From a virus (Duplodnaviria; Caudoviricetes): DNA of 64,000 bases. Position numbers and translations under genes: made by a program. Below are positions 8,873 to 19,472 of the stretch, one piece after another. A model generated the notes under the pieces. The model did not search any database, had not been told where the DNA came from, and worked only from the letters and a program-made list of their open reading frames with translations. How positions within the stretch are numbered: position 1 is the stretch's first letter; each line of letters opens with the position of its first letter. The stretch covers positions 64,001-128,000 of IMG/VR virus record IMGVR_UViG_3300033076_001145; one strand, 5' to 3'.

Positions 8873-10456
8873 TTATTTTGTTTTAAGTGAATCAACTTTT
8901 TGTTTTATGTTTTCTTCCACACCATCGACCCATTGTTTGAATTTGTCATAACTACTTGACGCAATTTCAAATTCAATCGGGGGTTTATCTTTAACTCTAT
9001 ACCAATCTGATAAAGTTTCTGTTGGAGTTTCATTTCCCTCAGCATCCATAACCATCTCAGATTTAATAAATCTTACAACCATTGCTCCACCTAATTTTTC
9101 ATCTGAATAGAAAGAACTTTGAATTTGATTATTTATTGTGTAACCCGTTGGTGAGAATTGGAGACTTCTCCTCTTAGCAGCTTCTTCTATTTTTGACATT
9201 AATTCATTTCTATCATCTTCATCTTCAATATCATTATAATAAACAGAATTATCAAACCCATCAGCAATTGCTTCTCCTGCCGCTGACATTCCATCGTTAA
9301 CTACTTCTTTTGTAACTCCAAAAATTTCAAATATGTTAATTTTTCCATCAGATAAGTCATAAACTAATCCACCAATAACAGTAATACCCAAAACATAAGC
9401 TAAATAACATCCAAGTTTTTCTTTTTTTACAACGTCCCCGCTTTTTTGTGTTGCCAAACTAAAACCGGTCCAAGTTTTTACAGAGCTTTGTGTCACTTGT
9501 TCCCTAACAGTACAACCCAATTTAGTTGTTACCCTTTCCAAATTACTTAAATCAATACCATTTAATTTTGCAAATTTGTCAATCTCAGCTGGAAAGTCAA
9601 ATCCATATCCACCTTTCGATGTTTTAGAAGCACCCTCGAGCCAATTTTTTAATCTATCAAAATCTTCAATATTTTTACCATCTTTAAAATAATTATAAAT
9701 TTTAGGGTCACGATTGTATTTTATAAGTTGGTCTAAAATCCCCAATGGATTTTTTTTATTAATTTCTTCTTGTATTTTTAACCACATCTCCTCTAATAAT
9801 TTTTCTAAGTCCCCACCAACAACTATAGTTTCTCCGGTTTTAAAATGTTTGTTTAAATAATTGTTAGTATCTGTACTTGTAACTTTTTCCGCATATTCAT
9901 CAACTATAATGTCAGGTATTCCAAATTGAGTTTTTAAGTTATCTAAAAAATTAGTCCATTCAGTAATTTTGTCTACCGTTGAGATTTCTTTTGACATCTC
10001 TTTCTTTTGTAAGAATTCCCATTTTTTCGCAATAACGTCATACAATTTGAATTGTTTTCCTGAGAAATCGATGATGGTTTCCCCAATTTTTATTGCGGAT
10101 GATTCAAGAACTTCTCTAAATGCAGGGTTTTTTAACAAAAATGACAACATTTCTTCTAATTCTACCGAAGATTTACTTTCAACTTTTTCAAAAAATTCAA
10201 CTAAAACTTCGTTAGTTGTTCTCGGATTTGACTTTGACGAATTGGTCGCAATTTTATCAGCCAATGATTCTCCCTCCACAGTAAATTTTCCAGGGTTATC
10301 CCTAAAATATTTTTCAATTTCATCTTCACTTTTTTTATCAAATAATGCGTCTAAAATTTTTTCCCAAGTTTTATTCACTGCCGCCGCTTCGGTTATAACT
10401 TTAAGCCCCATTAATTCTCTGTACCTATTTATTTCTGTTAAAATTTTTTTATTCAT
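8873..10456 (-). CDS. Large hypothetical protein with EINRYRELMG leader and one hydrophobic segment
   Basis: 527 aa; leader shared with the 22125-24074 ORF; TATTTAT upstream. Confidence 0.5.
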   Translation of the reverse strand: MNKKILTEINRYRELMGLKVITEAAAVNKTWEKILDALFDKKSEDEIEKYFRDNPGKFTVEGESLADKIATNSSKSNPRTTNEVLVEFFEKVESKSSVELEEMLSFLLKNPAFREVLESSAIKIGETIIDFSGKQFKLYDVIAKKWEFLQKKEMSKEISTVDKITEWTNFLDNLKTQFGIPDIIVDEYAEKVTSTDTNNYLNKHFKTGETIVVGGDLEKLLEEMWLKIQEEINKKNPLGILDQLIKYNRDPKIYNYFKDGKNIEDFDRLKNWLEGASKTSKGGYGFDFPAEIDKFAKLNGIDLSNLERVTTKLGCTVREQVTQSSVKTWTGFSLATQKSGDVVKKEKLGCYLAYVLGITVIGGLVYDLSDGKINIFEIFGVTKEVVNDGMSAAGEAIADGFDNSVYYNDIEDEDDRNELMSKIEEAAKRRSLQFSPTGYTINNQIQSSFYSDEKLGGAMVVRFIKSEMVMDAEGNETPTETLSDWYRVKDKPPIEFEIASSSYDKFKQWVDGVEENIKQKVDSLKTK

Positions 10457-10476
10457 ACTGATAAATATTCTTAATT

Positions 10477-12138
10477 TTATTGTTTTACCTTTGTTGTGTC
10501 ACTCCCAACTAAATAATCTACAAAATCATCTCCAAAAATTGCAATTAATTCTTCTTTAGGTGTTGAATTAATTTTTTGTTGTACCAATTCAGATTGTCTG
10601 TTTATTAAATCTTGTGTAATTTTTACTGCGTTTTTATATTCTTCACTATTTTTATCTGAATTATAACCGTCTATTATAGATTTTGCAACAATTTCTCTTG
10701 ATTCTTCAGGAATCTCACTCAAAAATATATAAACAGTATATTCCTCAATCGGAGTTAATTCAGAACCCTTTATTTTAGTTAATACATCCCCTAACTGGTG
10801 TATTAAAGTGATGTCCATAGCTAAAGTAGAAGCGAATTTAGCTAATCTTTTACCTGATACTAAAGTTGCCTTGGGTAAATTCTTAATAGAACCGGATAAT
10901 AATGTACTAAATAATCCTCTTACAGTTTCAATCTTTATTCCATTTTTCTGTATTTCCTGAGAGGCCAATTTAACTATTGACTCATACATACTTTTTATTT
11001 CACTTGTTTTTAATTGTGAAACAGACGCCAAAATTTCTTTTAATTCAGGTTTTAAACTTTGATACAATTCACCCCACTCTGAACCTGTTTTTGGTGATTT
11101 TTGAATAATTAATTCGGAAAGTTCTTGACATAATTTTGTAAATTTATCTTTTCCAAATTTTTTTACAACCTCATCCAAAACCGGAGAATATATTTTTCCA
11201 TGTATTAACGGTAACATTGCAAAAAATACATTAAATGCGGTCGCCTTTGGGTCGTCCCATATTTTCCATTGTACCGCACCTACTGTTAAATTAAAAACCG
11301 CATTAGCGGCATATGCACACATTACAACGTATGGGCCGCACGCAATACTCGCAACGTCTAAAACTATTTGAACGACCATTTCAATATGTAATCCAAAGTC
11401 ATCCCAAAAAACTTTTGAGGGGGTTCTCTTATCTATAAATGTCTGGGGGTTATAACTTGTCCATTTGGATGGGTCTTGTTTATCCTGGGTAAATACACTT
11501 TTTTTAACTACCCATCCTCTAGAATTTTCTTTTGGATTAATTGACATATCTCTATTTTCTACAGGTAATTCAAATAATTTAACAAAGTCAACGTCTTCCG
11601 GTAACTCAGATAAAAAATGTTCATCTAAATTAAAATCAAACCATCCTGTTTTTTCTTCTCTTAAAACTTTTGTTCCTTTTGGTATTTTGAAACCGATGAA
11701 GTCAGTTAAACCTTGCCCATCTTCCCAGCTTGGGTCAGGGTAGTACAGTTTTGTATTTTCATCCACATTTGAAAAGATTCTATTATTACCAATCCTTTGT
11801 CTTATAGTTTTAACGTAATTATATCTTCCCTTATCGTCAATTCCATCATATTTTAACCCTTTAATAAATGATTCACTATTATTAGGAGCAATTCCTACCG
11901 CACTCTGAGGTACTTCGTATTTTTCATTACCAATAGTTATCGTTTTATATGGGGTAATAGGTCCTTCATTTTCTAATTGTTTAAAAAAGTTATCGGAAAC
12001 ATTTGGTTCTGTCGCCAAACTTGGATACATTTGACCATATTGTTCTAATAAAAATTCTAAATTTTCAGTAAGAGTGGTTTTATTATCGTATTTCATCAAT
12101 AACAAAACTCTTTCTAATATTTCTTTCTTATCACTCAT
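10477..12138 (-). CDS. Large hypothetical protein with hydrophobic central segments
   Basis: Likely start MSDKKEILERVLLLMKY; hydrophobic stretch VVQIVLDVASIACGPYVVMCAYAANAVFNLTVG. Confidence 0.5.
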   Translation of the reverse strand: MSDKKEILERVLLLMKYDNKTTLTENLEFLLEQYGQMYPSLATEPNVSDNFFKQLENEGPITPYKTITIGNEKYEVPQSAVGIAPNNSESFIKGLKYDGIDDKGRYNYVKTIRQRIGNNRIFSNVDENTKLYYPDPSWEDGQGLTDFIGFKIPKGTKVLREEKTGWFDFNLDEHFLSELPEDVDFVKLFELPVENRDMSINPKENSRGWVVKKSVFTQDKQDPSKWTSYNPQTFIDKRTPSKVFWDDFGLHIEMVVQIVLDVASIACGPYVVMCAYAANAVFNLTVGAVQWKIWDDPKATAFNVFFAMLPLIHGKIYSPVLDEVVKKFGKDKFTKLCQELSELIIQKSPKTGSEWGELYQSLKPELKEILASVSQLKTSEIKSMYESIVKLASQEIQKNGIKIETVRGLFSTLLSGSIKNLPKATLVSGKRLAKFASTLAMDITLIHQLGDVLTKIKGSELTPIEEYTVYIFLSEIPEESREIVAKSIIDGYNSDKNSEEYKNAVKITQDLINRQSELVQQKINSTPKEELIAIFGDDFVDYLVGSDTTKVKQ

Positions 12139-12139
12139 T

Positions 12140-12394
12140 TTACCAAATCTGATTTGCAATTCCTCTTGTTAATCCTGTTGACCATTTTTCACCGGCTTTA
12201 CCCAACATATTTGCCTTACCTCTTTTAGTTTGATAAAACTCTTCCCACTTTGGGACTTTTGGATACCCTTCAGTGGAACCTCCCCCACCTCCTGACGGAG
12301 CCGCTTCACCTTGTTCTGACAACTCACCATCAACAGAACTTGGGTTGGATAAACTTCTCAACAAGTTAATGTATAAATCAATATTATATTCCAT
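12140..12394 (-). CDS. Small hypothetical protein
   Basis: ORF with twice-repeated W...TKRGKAN / TRGIAN motif; TATTTAT upstream. Confidence 0.55.
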   Translation of the reverse strand: MEYNIDLYINLLRSLSNPSSVDGELSEQGEAAPSGGGGGSTEGYPKVPKWEEFYQTKRGKANMLGKAGEKWSTGLTRGIANQIW

Positions 12395-12769
12395 TATAAT
12401 ATAAATACTTGCTAAGAAATAATAATACTATTTTTTGATTTTAGAATAGTTGAGGTTCAGGTAATTCATTGTCACCTGAGGAGTAATATTCATTTAGAAA
12501 TAGTTTTAGTTCGGTCTCGTCGATGATATCCTCCTCGTCAGTTTCATCATCAAAAATAAATTCGTCAGTTTCTTCTTCGTAACTAAAGTTAAATTCATCT
12601 GAATCAAAATCACTATTATCTAAAAGTAAAAATCCGTAGTCTTCCGCTACGGATAATTCAAATTCAGTTTCACGAATATATTCGTCAGAATCCCCTTTTA
12701 CTCTAAATGATACTTTAACAGTTTCTATTTTACTGTTATAATAATAATCAACTATTTCTTTGATTAACA

Positions 12770-13195
12770 TTAGATTAGTCTTTTGAACCAATTCAATGAC
12801 TCATTAATTTCTTTAACTACTGAGTCTTTTTTGCTTTTTATTTTGATGCTTTCTTCAATTTGTTCTTCTGAATACATTCCAGTACCACATTCGTTACACT
12901 CATCTTCCATCATTTCTTTTTCTTCACCACACTCACACATGTCGCCTTCATATAAGTTACCACACTCATTACATCTTGATTTCATAGGTTGGTTAATTCC
13001 AGTGTTTTTGTATTCTGTAACATCACCTTTAGCACTAACAGTGATACCGCCAGAATCCTGAGCCAAGTTCTCAACTTGTAACGGAGTCATATTACCTTTT
13101 GGTTGCATAACCTGATAACCGTCATATTGTTCTCTATGTTTTTCTGTGATAGATTTTTTCTCTTCTTCAGATATGTTTAAAAAATAAGCTTTCAT
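12770..13195 (-). CDS. Hypothetical protein with CxECG motifs and ISEEEKKSI leader
   Basis: Three C(N/M)ECG motifs; start refined to MKAYFLNISEEEK. Confidence 0.55.
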   Translation of the reverse strand: MKAYFLNISEEEKKSITEKHREQYDGYQVMQPKGNMTPLQVENLAQDSGGITVSAKGDVTEYKNTGINQPMKSRCNECGNLYEGDMCECGEEKEMMEDECNECGTGMYSEEQIEESIKIKSKKDSVVKEINESLNWFKRLI

Positions 13196-13267
13196 AATTT
13201 GTTTTTGCAATAAATATATTGTCAATATCATTTGACAAAAAAAAGTATTATTATTAAATTTAATCTT

Positions 13268-13768
13268 ATGACACCTGAATTATCAAAACAACCAATATTT
13301 AAAGACCACAGAGGTTCTTTCACCCCAATTAAATTATCTGAAAAATGGGTCCAATCAAATGTTAGTATCAATGACGATATAATGGTCTTTAGAGGGTTAC
13401 ACCTACAGAAACACCCAAAGTCACAAGCAAAACAAGTAATGATTCTTCAGGGACGAGTTTTGGATTTTTGTGTTTGTGTTGATAAACTAAATCCTAACTT
13501 TGGTAAGACTTTTGAGTTTATGATGAGTGAAGGTGATAGTTTATATGTTCCTCATGGATATGCTCACGGATTTTTAACTTTGCAAAGTGGAACTATTGTT
13601 ACTTATTTGGTTGATGAGGAATATTCACCTGAACACGAAGTATCAATCAAATGGGAAAGTGTGGAGGATGTTAAAGAATCAATTACAAAAATTACATCAG
13701 GATTTATTTTCAAATTAAAAATGAGTGATAAGGACCGTGATGGTATTGAACTTTCTGAACTACTATGA
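13268..13768 (+). CDS. rmlC: dTDP-4-dehydrorhamnose 3,5-epimerase
   Basis: FKDHRGSF, RGLHLQ, QAK and LYVPHGYAHGFLTL motifs. Confidence 0.9.
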   Translation: MTPELSKQPIFKDHRGSFTPIKLSEKWVQSNVSINDDIMVFRGLHLQKHPKSQAKQVMILQGRVLDFCVCVDKLNPNFGKTFEFMMSEGDSLYVPHGYAHGFLTLQSGTIVTYLVDEEYSPEHEVSIKWESVEDVKESITKITSGFIFKLKMSDKDRDGIELSELL

Positions 13769-14025
13769 TTGACTATATAAATGAACACGCCGAAGGCGCG
13801 GTATTATTAACAGGATTCGACAACTGTATTGTTGGGGTCGTTGAAGAATTTGGTGGTAACCGAGTATTATATTCAAAAGAAAAAATAATTCAAAAACTCA
13901 TGGAAGACATGAGTGAAGAGGAGGCTTACGAGTATTTTGATTATAATATTATTGGTGGATACTTTGGGGACCAAAATCCTGTTTTTTTATCAAAACTCTT
14001 TCATTCGTTGTCTCATCCAAAATGA
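13765..14025 (+). CDS. Conserved small phage protein
   Basis: GFDNCIVG...MSEEEAYEYFDYNIIGGYFG..NPVF pattern recognisable from phage proteins. Confidence 0.6.
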   Translation: MIDYINEHAEGAVLLTGFDNCIVGVVEEFGGNRVLYSKEKIIQKLMEDMSEEEAYEYFDYNIIGGYFGDQNPVFLSKLFHSLSHPK

Positions 14026-14649
14026 GGTAATTACAGAGTCAAATCTTTTTAACCATCTATTGATATTTTCGGCGGAAACTTCTTTATCATTTTCCTCCAA
14101 ATAAGAAATAACTCCATTAACCATATATTGTTGTGATTTGTCGGACATTTCTAACATATGGTCATATTCATCATTATCCTCAACATATGCATGAAACTTA
14201 TTAATGTTATTTTTACCCATCCATAGATATGGCGCAGCTTGGAGCATATTAATTATTCCAGACCTTCTTAAAGCAGTCAAAAAATCATAGAAATAATCCA
14301 TTCCATCTTCACCGAAATAGTCATAAAGTTCTGTTATTTTTTCCATATCCTTCATGTCCATTGACTCGGTAATGACATTAAGTGAATCCTCACCAAATTC
14401 TTCAATAAAGTCTGATTCAAGCATCCACATATCTTTTTGGTCTTTTTTATTTGACTCGTCAATTAATGCTAAATCCGACCCATTATCCCATTTCACATTA
14501 ATTTGAGTCCAAGAACCACCAATATCTTCGACACGAGTTACAGTACCAGTGTCACCAAAAGTCACAGAGGTTTCACCTCCCATAATTAAACAAACCACCC
14601 TATCACCTTTTTTTAAATTCGTAGGGTTAGTATTAATATTGTTTCTCAT
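13990..14649 (-). CDS. Hypothetical protein: DUF4314-like SH3-fold N-terminus plus LRRSGIINM domain
   Basis: GDRV..L.M......GDTGTV..V......I.VKWDNGSDLALI. Confidence 0.55.
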   Translation of the reverse strand: MRNNINTNPTNLKKGDRVVCLIMGGETSVTFGDTGTVTRVEDIGGSWTQINVKWDNGSDLALIDESNKKDQKDMWMLESDFIEEFGEDSLNVITESMDMKDMEKITELYDYFGEDGMDYFYDFLTALRRSGIINMLQAAPYLWMGKNNINKFHAYVEDNDEYDHMLEMSDKSQQYMVNGVISYLEENDKEVSAENINRWLKRFDSVITSFWMRQRMKEF

Positions 14650-14664
14650 ATATTTATAAATACT

Positions 14665-15294
14665 ATGAAAATTTTAATTTCCGAATCCACAAATAAGATG
14701 ATTTTAACCGAATCAGTCTTAGATGATATTAAAACCACATTAAAGTCCGCAAAAGAAGTTGCAATTGAGACAATCAAAAACACCTCAAAACAATTAAATA
14801 TGGACTTAAAGTTCCTCTTAACTTGGGGAGCGTCAATCGGTGGGATTATGGGTCCTTTAATGGATTATATTAACGGAAATTATCCTGAATTAGACAAAGC
14901 ATCTGCATACTCTTTGGTTGTCGGGGCAGTTAGTATCGTTTTTTATAATAACGGAAAACAAATTGTAAGACTTATCGAAGAAATTAAAGAAAAAGGATTA
15001 AGTGATATTTTTAGTGATGTCTTAGAAAAGACAAAGGAATTAAAAAATTCATTATCAGATTTTGTTGAGTCTTTGGGGGTAACAGTAAATCAAGTTGGGA
15101 ATATTATCTCTTACGCATTTTTAATACCTGTAATACCAATGATAATTAGTTTAATTAACGATGTTAATCCTGACACATCAGTGATTGTTGGGAAAATAAC
15201 AAAAAGTCTATTGTCTTCAGGTGGAGTTGCTTTAAGTGCAAATCTTTTGAAGGTTTTACTTACGAAAATAGTTGATAGGATTAGACAAAATTAA
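14665..15294 (+). CDS. Membrane protein with MKILISES leader
   Basis: Three to four hydrophobic segments. Confidence 0.55.
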   Translation: MKILISESTNKMILTESVLDDIKTTLKSAKEVAIETIKNTSKQLNMDLKFLLTWGASIGGIMGPLMDYINGNYPELDKASAYSLVVGAVSIVFYNNGKQIVRLIEEIKEKGLSDIFSDVLEKTKELKNSLSDFVESLGVTVNQVGNIISYAFLIPVIPMIISLINDVNPDTSVIVGKITKSLLSSGGVALSANLLKVLLTKIVDRIRQN

Positions 15295-15547
15295 TCTTAA
15301 TTTTCAAATCCCCGTTTCCCTTAATTGTCCTGTGATAAATTCCTTCGGGTATAAAGTATTTTTCACCTACCTTCATTTCAACAGGTAACTCATTGTCCAA
15401 TTGTAACATCCATCCATTCCCTTCCAAAATTTCAACTTCTCTATCTTCTCTGTCTCTATGCCAATGAAGCTCTCCTGAATCAACATTTGATTCAAATATT
15501 CTGATTTTTGATTTTTCTGAAATTTGTGAGTCTAAGTATGGTTTCAT
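15281..15547 (-). CDS. Small cupin-fold protein
   Basis: WHRDREDR...IPEGIYHRTIKG. Confidence 0.7.
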   Translation of the reverse strand: MKPYLDSQISEKSKIRIFESNVDSGELHWHRDREDREVEILEGNGWMLQLDNELPVEMKVGEKYFIPEGIYHRTIKGNGDLKIKINFV

Positions 15548-15548
15548 A

Positions 15549-16151
15549 TTACCAAAAACCTGGATAAGTTCGTCCTCCCCAGAGGTGACCGAATCGATTG
15601 AGGCGACACGCCCAGTAACCGGCTTTCATTCTATCATTTTTCTTATCACATTGGTGTCTCGAAGCAAATGCTTTACGAGCCTTTGGGTTAGATACCTTAG
15701 CAGTAAGACCACCTTTAACATCTCCAAAAGAAATTTTCTTAACTCTTCCTGTTGATGGGTTTTTTACATATACCACATATTTTTTACCTCCACCAGTGTT
15801 TCTTCTTGGTTTTCCAAGTTCAACTTTTTTACCGTTATATTCTGCTTCGGCAATAAATTCCTCAGCAAGTGGGATATCTAAATAAACTTCCTTTCCGTTT
15901 TTAAGAGTAACTTTATTACCCAAATCACTTTCAACAAGTTCAATCTCCTCCTCGGATAGTTCCATATATCCTTCATTATATAACTCTCTAACCTCATTAA
16001 TTAAGTCAAAGAATTTTTGTGAATGTGGTCTAAACACATTTTCCATTAATGATAATTCATTATCCAAATGAAATCTTAAACTTTCCGAAACCAAAATTTC
16101 AGGTTCAGAATGTTCCAATAAAGTTTTTCTTAAAATTTTTTCAATGTTCAT
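15549..16151 (-). CDS. Conserved phage protein with basic C-terminal domain
   Basis: KKYVVYVKNP.TG.VKKISFGD...ARKAFASRHQC....AGYWAC; leader MNIEKILRKTLLE. Confidence 0.6.
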   Translation of the reverse strand: MNIEKILRKTLLEHSEPEILVSESLRFHLDNELSLMENVFRPHSQKFFDLINEVRELYNEGYMELSEEEIELVESDLGNKVTLKNGKEVYLDIPLAEEFIAEAEYNGKKVELGKPRRNTGGGKKYVVYVKNPSTGRVKKISFGDVKGGLTAKVSNPKARKAFASRHQCDKKNDRMKAGYWACRLNRFGHLWGGRTYPGFW

Positions 16152-16471
16152 TTTTTCTCACGAAATAAGAAATACAATCCAAAAAATGATAGTGCAATAC
16201 CATAGAAAATACCTGTGGTAGTCCAATAGGAATTCGTAGCATTTAATATCATTTTGAAAATGATGTCGAATCCTAAAGGGTTGAAAAACATTCCAGCCAT
16301 TAGACAGAAAGTTGCTATATTTTTGCGGAATATTTGTCTCCAAGTCATCACTATCCATTTATTTGGGTTTAAAGTTTATGAATCTGAATAAATCAAATTC
16401 TTTTTCATAAATATTTTGTGGGAATGAATATTTTATATATATTTGTAGAAATAATTAAAAAGTCAATAACT

Positions 16472-17032
16472 ATGAAAAACTTAATTTCAACTATTGTATT
16501 TGTTTTGGCGAGTTTGTTCTCTGTTGGTCAGTATGTAAAACCTAAATTAGTTAATACTACTTATGTTGAAGCAACTGAAATTGAAAAATTGGTGTTGGAT
16601 GAAGTAAATAAACAAAGAAAGTTACATGGGTTAGTTGCATGCATCTTTAGTCCTCAGGCCAAAGAAATGTCGAAATATCACGCAATTTATTTATCAGATT
16701 ATAATTCAGAGTTATCACATGATGAACCCAATGATGTTAAAAATTTTATTGAGTTGTCGTTTGAAGAAAGAGCCGATAAATTTTTAAAGGGTAAAGATGT
16801 TGGAGAATGCGCTCAGGATAACTCCCTAACTAATTTCAATAATGTTCCAAATTGGAACAATGTAATTAGTAAAGAAATTGTTACTCGATGGATGAACTCC
16901 CCAAGACATAAAGCAATAATGCTAAACCCAAACTATAGATATTTTGCAGTATCTGTTTTGGATGTTATTCATCACATGGATAACAATGATGATTATCACT
17001 ATTCATCCCCAGTTTTGGTTCTATACAAATAA
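16472..17032 (+). CDS. Secreted CAP/SCP-domain protein
   Basis: Signal peptide MKNLISTIVFVLASLFSVGQ; VNKQRK, LSH and WMNSPRHKAIML motifs. Confidence 0.8.
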   Translation: MKNLISTIVFVLASLFSVGQYVKPKLVNTTYVEATEIEKLVLDEVNKQRKLHGLVACIFSPQAKEMSKYHAIYLSDYNSELSHDEPNDVKNFIELSFEERADKFLKGKDVGECAQDNSLTNFNNVPNWNNVISKEIVTRWMNSPRHKAIMLNPNYRYFAVSVLDVIHHMDNNDDYHYSSPVLVLYK

Positions 17033-17057
17033 AAAAAGGGATTTAAAATCCCTTTTT

Positions 17058-17984
17058 TTATTGTTGTGGTTTAACTTGTTCTTTTCCAGGGGTAATCTGA
17101 TTATTATATATTTTCTCGGCCCTAGGTAAGAAAACATTTTTATAAACACTTGGTAATTTTTCCAAAGCCAATTTAAACTCGTCTAATGATAAATCGGTAA
17201 TTAATTTTTCATTACGATAATAAGGTCTTGGAGAATTGGTAACTTTACCCGTATTTGGGTTAATTAATTTAAATGCGGGATTTACTGGTGAAGGGGTAGG
17301 TAAATAATATTTTGTTGGAGGGTCGGTTCGGTTATCTATTAAATAACCTAAAACAACATTTCGAGTATCCGGAGTTGATTTCTCAAAAGCTCGATACTCA
17401 ACGGGGGTTAGTTCCCAATCCGCAGTAGTTAATTCTATCGTATACGGCTCCAATTTACTCTTTTGTTTAATTTCTACCGGAACATCTTTTTGTCGATATT
17501 CAGCATTTAATTTTATTCTAAAATACTGATACTTAACACCTTCACCTTGTTGTATTTTTTTATCCTCAGTAATTGTGATGTTTTTTAATATTTCAGGATT
17601 AATTTTTTGATTTAATAATCCCATGATATAATTTTTTGCCGATACTAATCTCTCGTTAGCTAATTCTGCATTTCTTTGTTTTGAACCGCTTGTTGATGTT
17701 GAAGCTTCAATGGTCATATTAATTTTTTTATTTTCCCATTTATTGTCTTCTAAAATTTTTGACATCTCATCAACCTTTTTATTCAACACATCCAATTGTT
17801 CTTTTGGTAAATCACTAATTTGACCTTTATTTGTTGGAAAATATGCTGGTATTACTCCACTATCCCAATTTTTTACCGTTTCAACTTCCTTTTGTTCATT
17901 CAAATAAAATTTCTTGGTCGCATCGATATGCATACCCAATATTCTTTGTTTCTCACTTTCATTTATCTCAAATAAATTTTTCAT
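17058..17984 (-). CDS. Hypothetical protein with OmpA-C-like motif and INESEKQRILGMH leader
   Basis: TIEASTSTSGSKQRNAELANERLVSAKNYI resembles the N..LS..RA peptidoglycan-binding motif. Confidence 0.5.
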   Translation of the reverse strand: MKNLFEINESEKQRILGMHIDATKKFYLNEQKEVETVKNWDSGVIPAYFPTNKGQISDLPKEQLDVLNKKVDEMSKILEDNKWENKKINMTIEASTSTSGSKQRNAELANERLVSAKNYIMGLLNQKINPEILKNITITEDKKIQQGEGVKYQYFRIKLNAEYRQKDVPVEIKQKSKLEPYTIELTTADWELTPVEYRAFEKSTPDTRNVVLGYLIDNRTDPPTKYYLPTPSPVNPAFKLINPNTGKVTNSPRPYYRNEKLITDLSLDEFKLALEKLPSVYKNVFLPRAEKIYNNQITPGKEQVKPQQ

Positions 17985-18051
17985 ATAAAATATTTTATTA
18001 ATAAATATTAACGGAAAATAAAAATGAAATACTTATTGCAAAATAAAAGAT

Positions 18052-18192
18052 ATGGCAGCAAAAGTAGCAAAAGGTTCAGGGTCAGCTAAAATTAGTTTTG
18101 GCTCAAAAAAAGTAGGTAAATTCTCTAAGAAACAATCACCAAACAAAAGGTCGAAAAACTACAAAAAACCTTATAGAGGACAGGGAAGATAA
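18052..18192 (+). CDS. Small highly basic protein (46 aa, not in ORF track)
   Basis: MAAKVAKGSGSAKISFGSKKVGKFSKKQSPNKRSKNYKKPYRGQGR*. Confidence 0.7.
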   Translation: MAAKVAKGSGSAKISFGSKKVGKFSKKQSPNKRSKNYKKPYRGQGR

Positions 18193-18725
18193 TTATCTTT
18201 TTTTAATAGGTTCTGGCTCACCATAAGTAACATCAGTAGTTTCTTGGTCACCGACGTGAGTATCAATATGTCTTCCTTCCCAAACAGAGACATCTCCCAT
18301 AGTTTCTCGATACTGGAATTTTGGTTTTACAGTATCTTCTGAATATGACGAAACCCTATGTCTATAAATCACCATTTGCCAAACCGTCTCATGAGCGTTG
18401 GTATCCAAATAATATTCCTCAGCTTCAGGTCTATTCAACGGACCATTAAAATCCTCATCTTCTAAATCTCTTTCATTTAACTTTATTACATTATAAAGAT
18501 AATCAATATCAATCGATTCAGACCCAATACCTAATACTTTAATATTTTCTTCGTAAGTGTCATAATCTGATTCACTTTCAAATGGGTTGTAGTCAGCACC
18601 ATTAAATTCCTCAAGTATTTGTTTACAGACATAAACTAAAACTTTATCATCAATATTTTCTAAATTGGATTTTTCCATTTTATTGGTATTTATATATTAT
18701 ATAAATATAAAAAATATTTTTTAAA

Positions 18726-19472
18726 ATGACAAAAGAACAAAAAGTCGAGAAGGTATTGAAAATGATAACTGAAGGTAAGGAAGAATTACTTACCGAAAAC
18801 CCTCTCATTGCCGGTTTATTAAGAATGGGATTAATGAAGTATCTTTTTGGAGATACTGTTGATAAGATAGTTGATAAAGTTAAAGGGTCCGATTCTGAGT
18901 CATCTGCTTCAGATATACTTAAAAAGGCAGGATTAGATGTTAAAGCAAAGGATGATGAAGAAATTGAAGATTATTTAAAAGATGATAAATTGTCCGACGA
19001 TGAATTGGAAGAATTGGGTGTTGATGTTGAGGATGTTTCAGACTTCACATCTGAGGAAGACTTTAATTTTTACACAAAAGTTTTAAGAGGCTTAGGAGTT
19101 CCTTTATCGAGAAGTAACTATTTTTTCTTATATGGAATTGCGCAAACTGAATCGACTAAGGCAAGATTTAATCCGTTTGCAACAACTATGAAAATGCCAA
19201 ATTCTAAGTTATTTGGTAATAATACCGCAGGTGTTCAATCATACTCAACCGAAAACGAAGGAGTTAAAGCGACTGTTGATACTATGAAATTAAAATACTA
19301 CAAAGGTATTGTAGATGCTATGAAAGATAATGATGGTAGTGACTTCGAAAATGAAATTGAGAATGTTGCTGAAATGTGGGTAGTCAGTCCATGGGGAACA
19401 AAAACTTTAATGCCAACTATCCATGGTTATATCTCAGGAAACGACCCCAAACCAAAACCAATTAGTCGATAA
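18726..19472 (+). CDS. Putative lysozyme-fold cell-wall hydrolase
   Basis: AQTES...FNPFATT...AGVQSY.T...GVKATV.T.....Y..I...SPWG pattern in the C-terminal half. Confidence 0.55.
   Translation: MTKEQKVEKVLKMITEGKEELLTENPLIAGLLRMGLMKYLFGDTVDKIVDKVKGSDSESSASDILKKAGLDVKAKDDEEIEDYLKDDKLSDDELEELGVDVEDVSDFTSEEDFNFYTKVLRGLGVPLSRSNYFFLYGIAQTESTKARFNPFATTMKMPNSKLFGNNTAGVQSYSTENEGVKATVDTMKLKYYKGIVDAMKDNDGSDFENEIENVAEMWVVSPWGTKTLMPTIHGYISGNDPKPKPISR

Noticed and set aside
9969-10559. Long antisense ORFs (also 1058, 22738, 24490, 43154, 52311, 61423, 61826)
   Set aside because: They overlap well-supported genes on the opposite strand or in another frame and have shadow-like S/F/I-rich composition.
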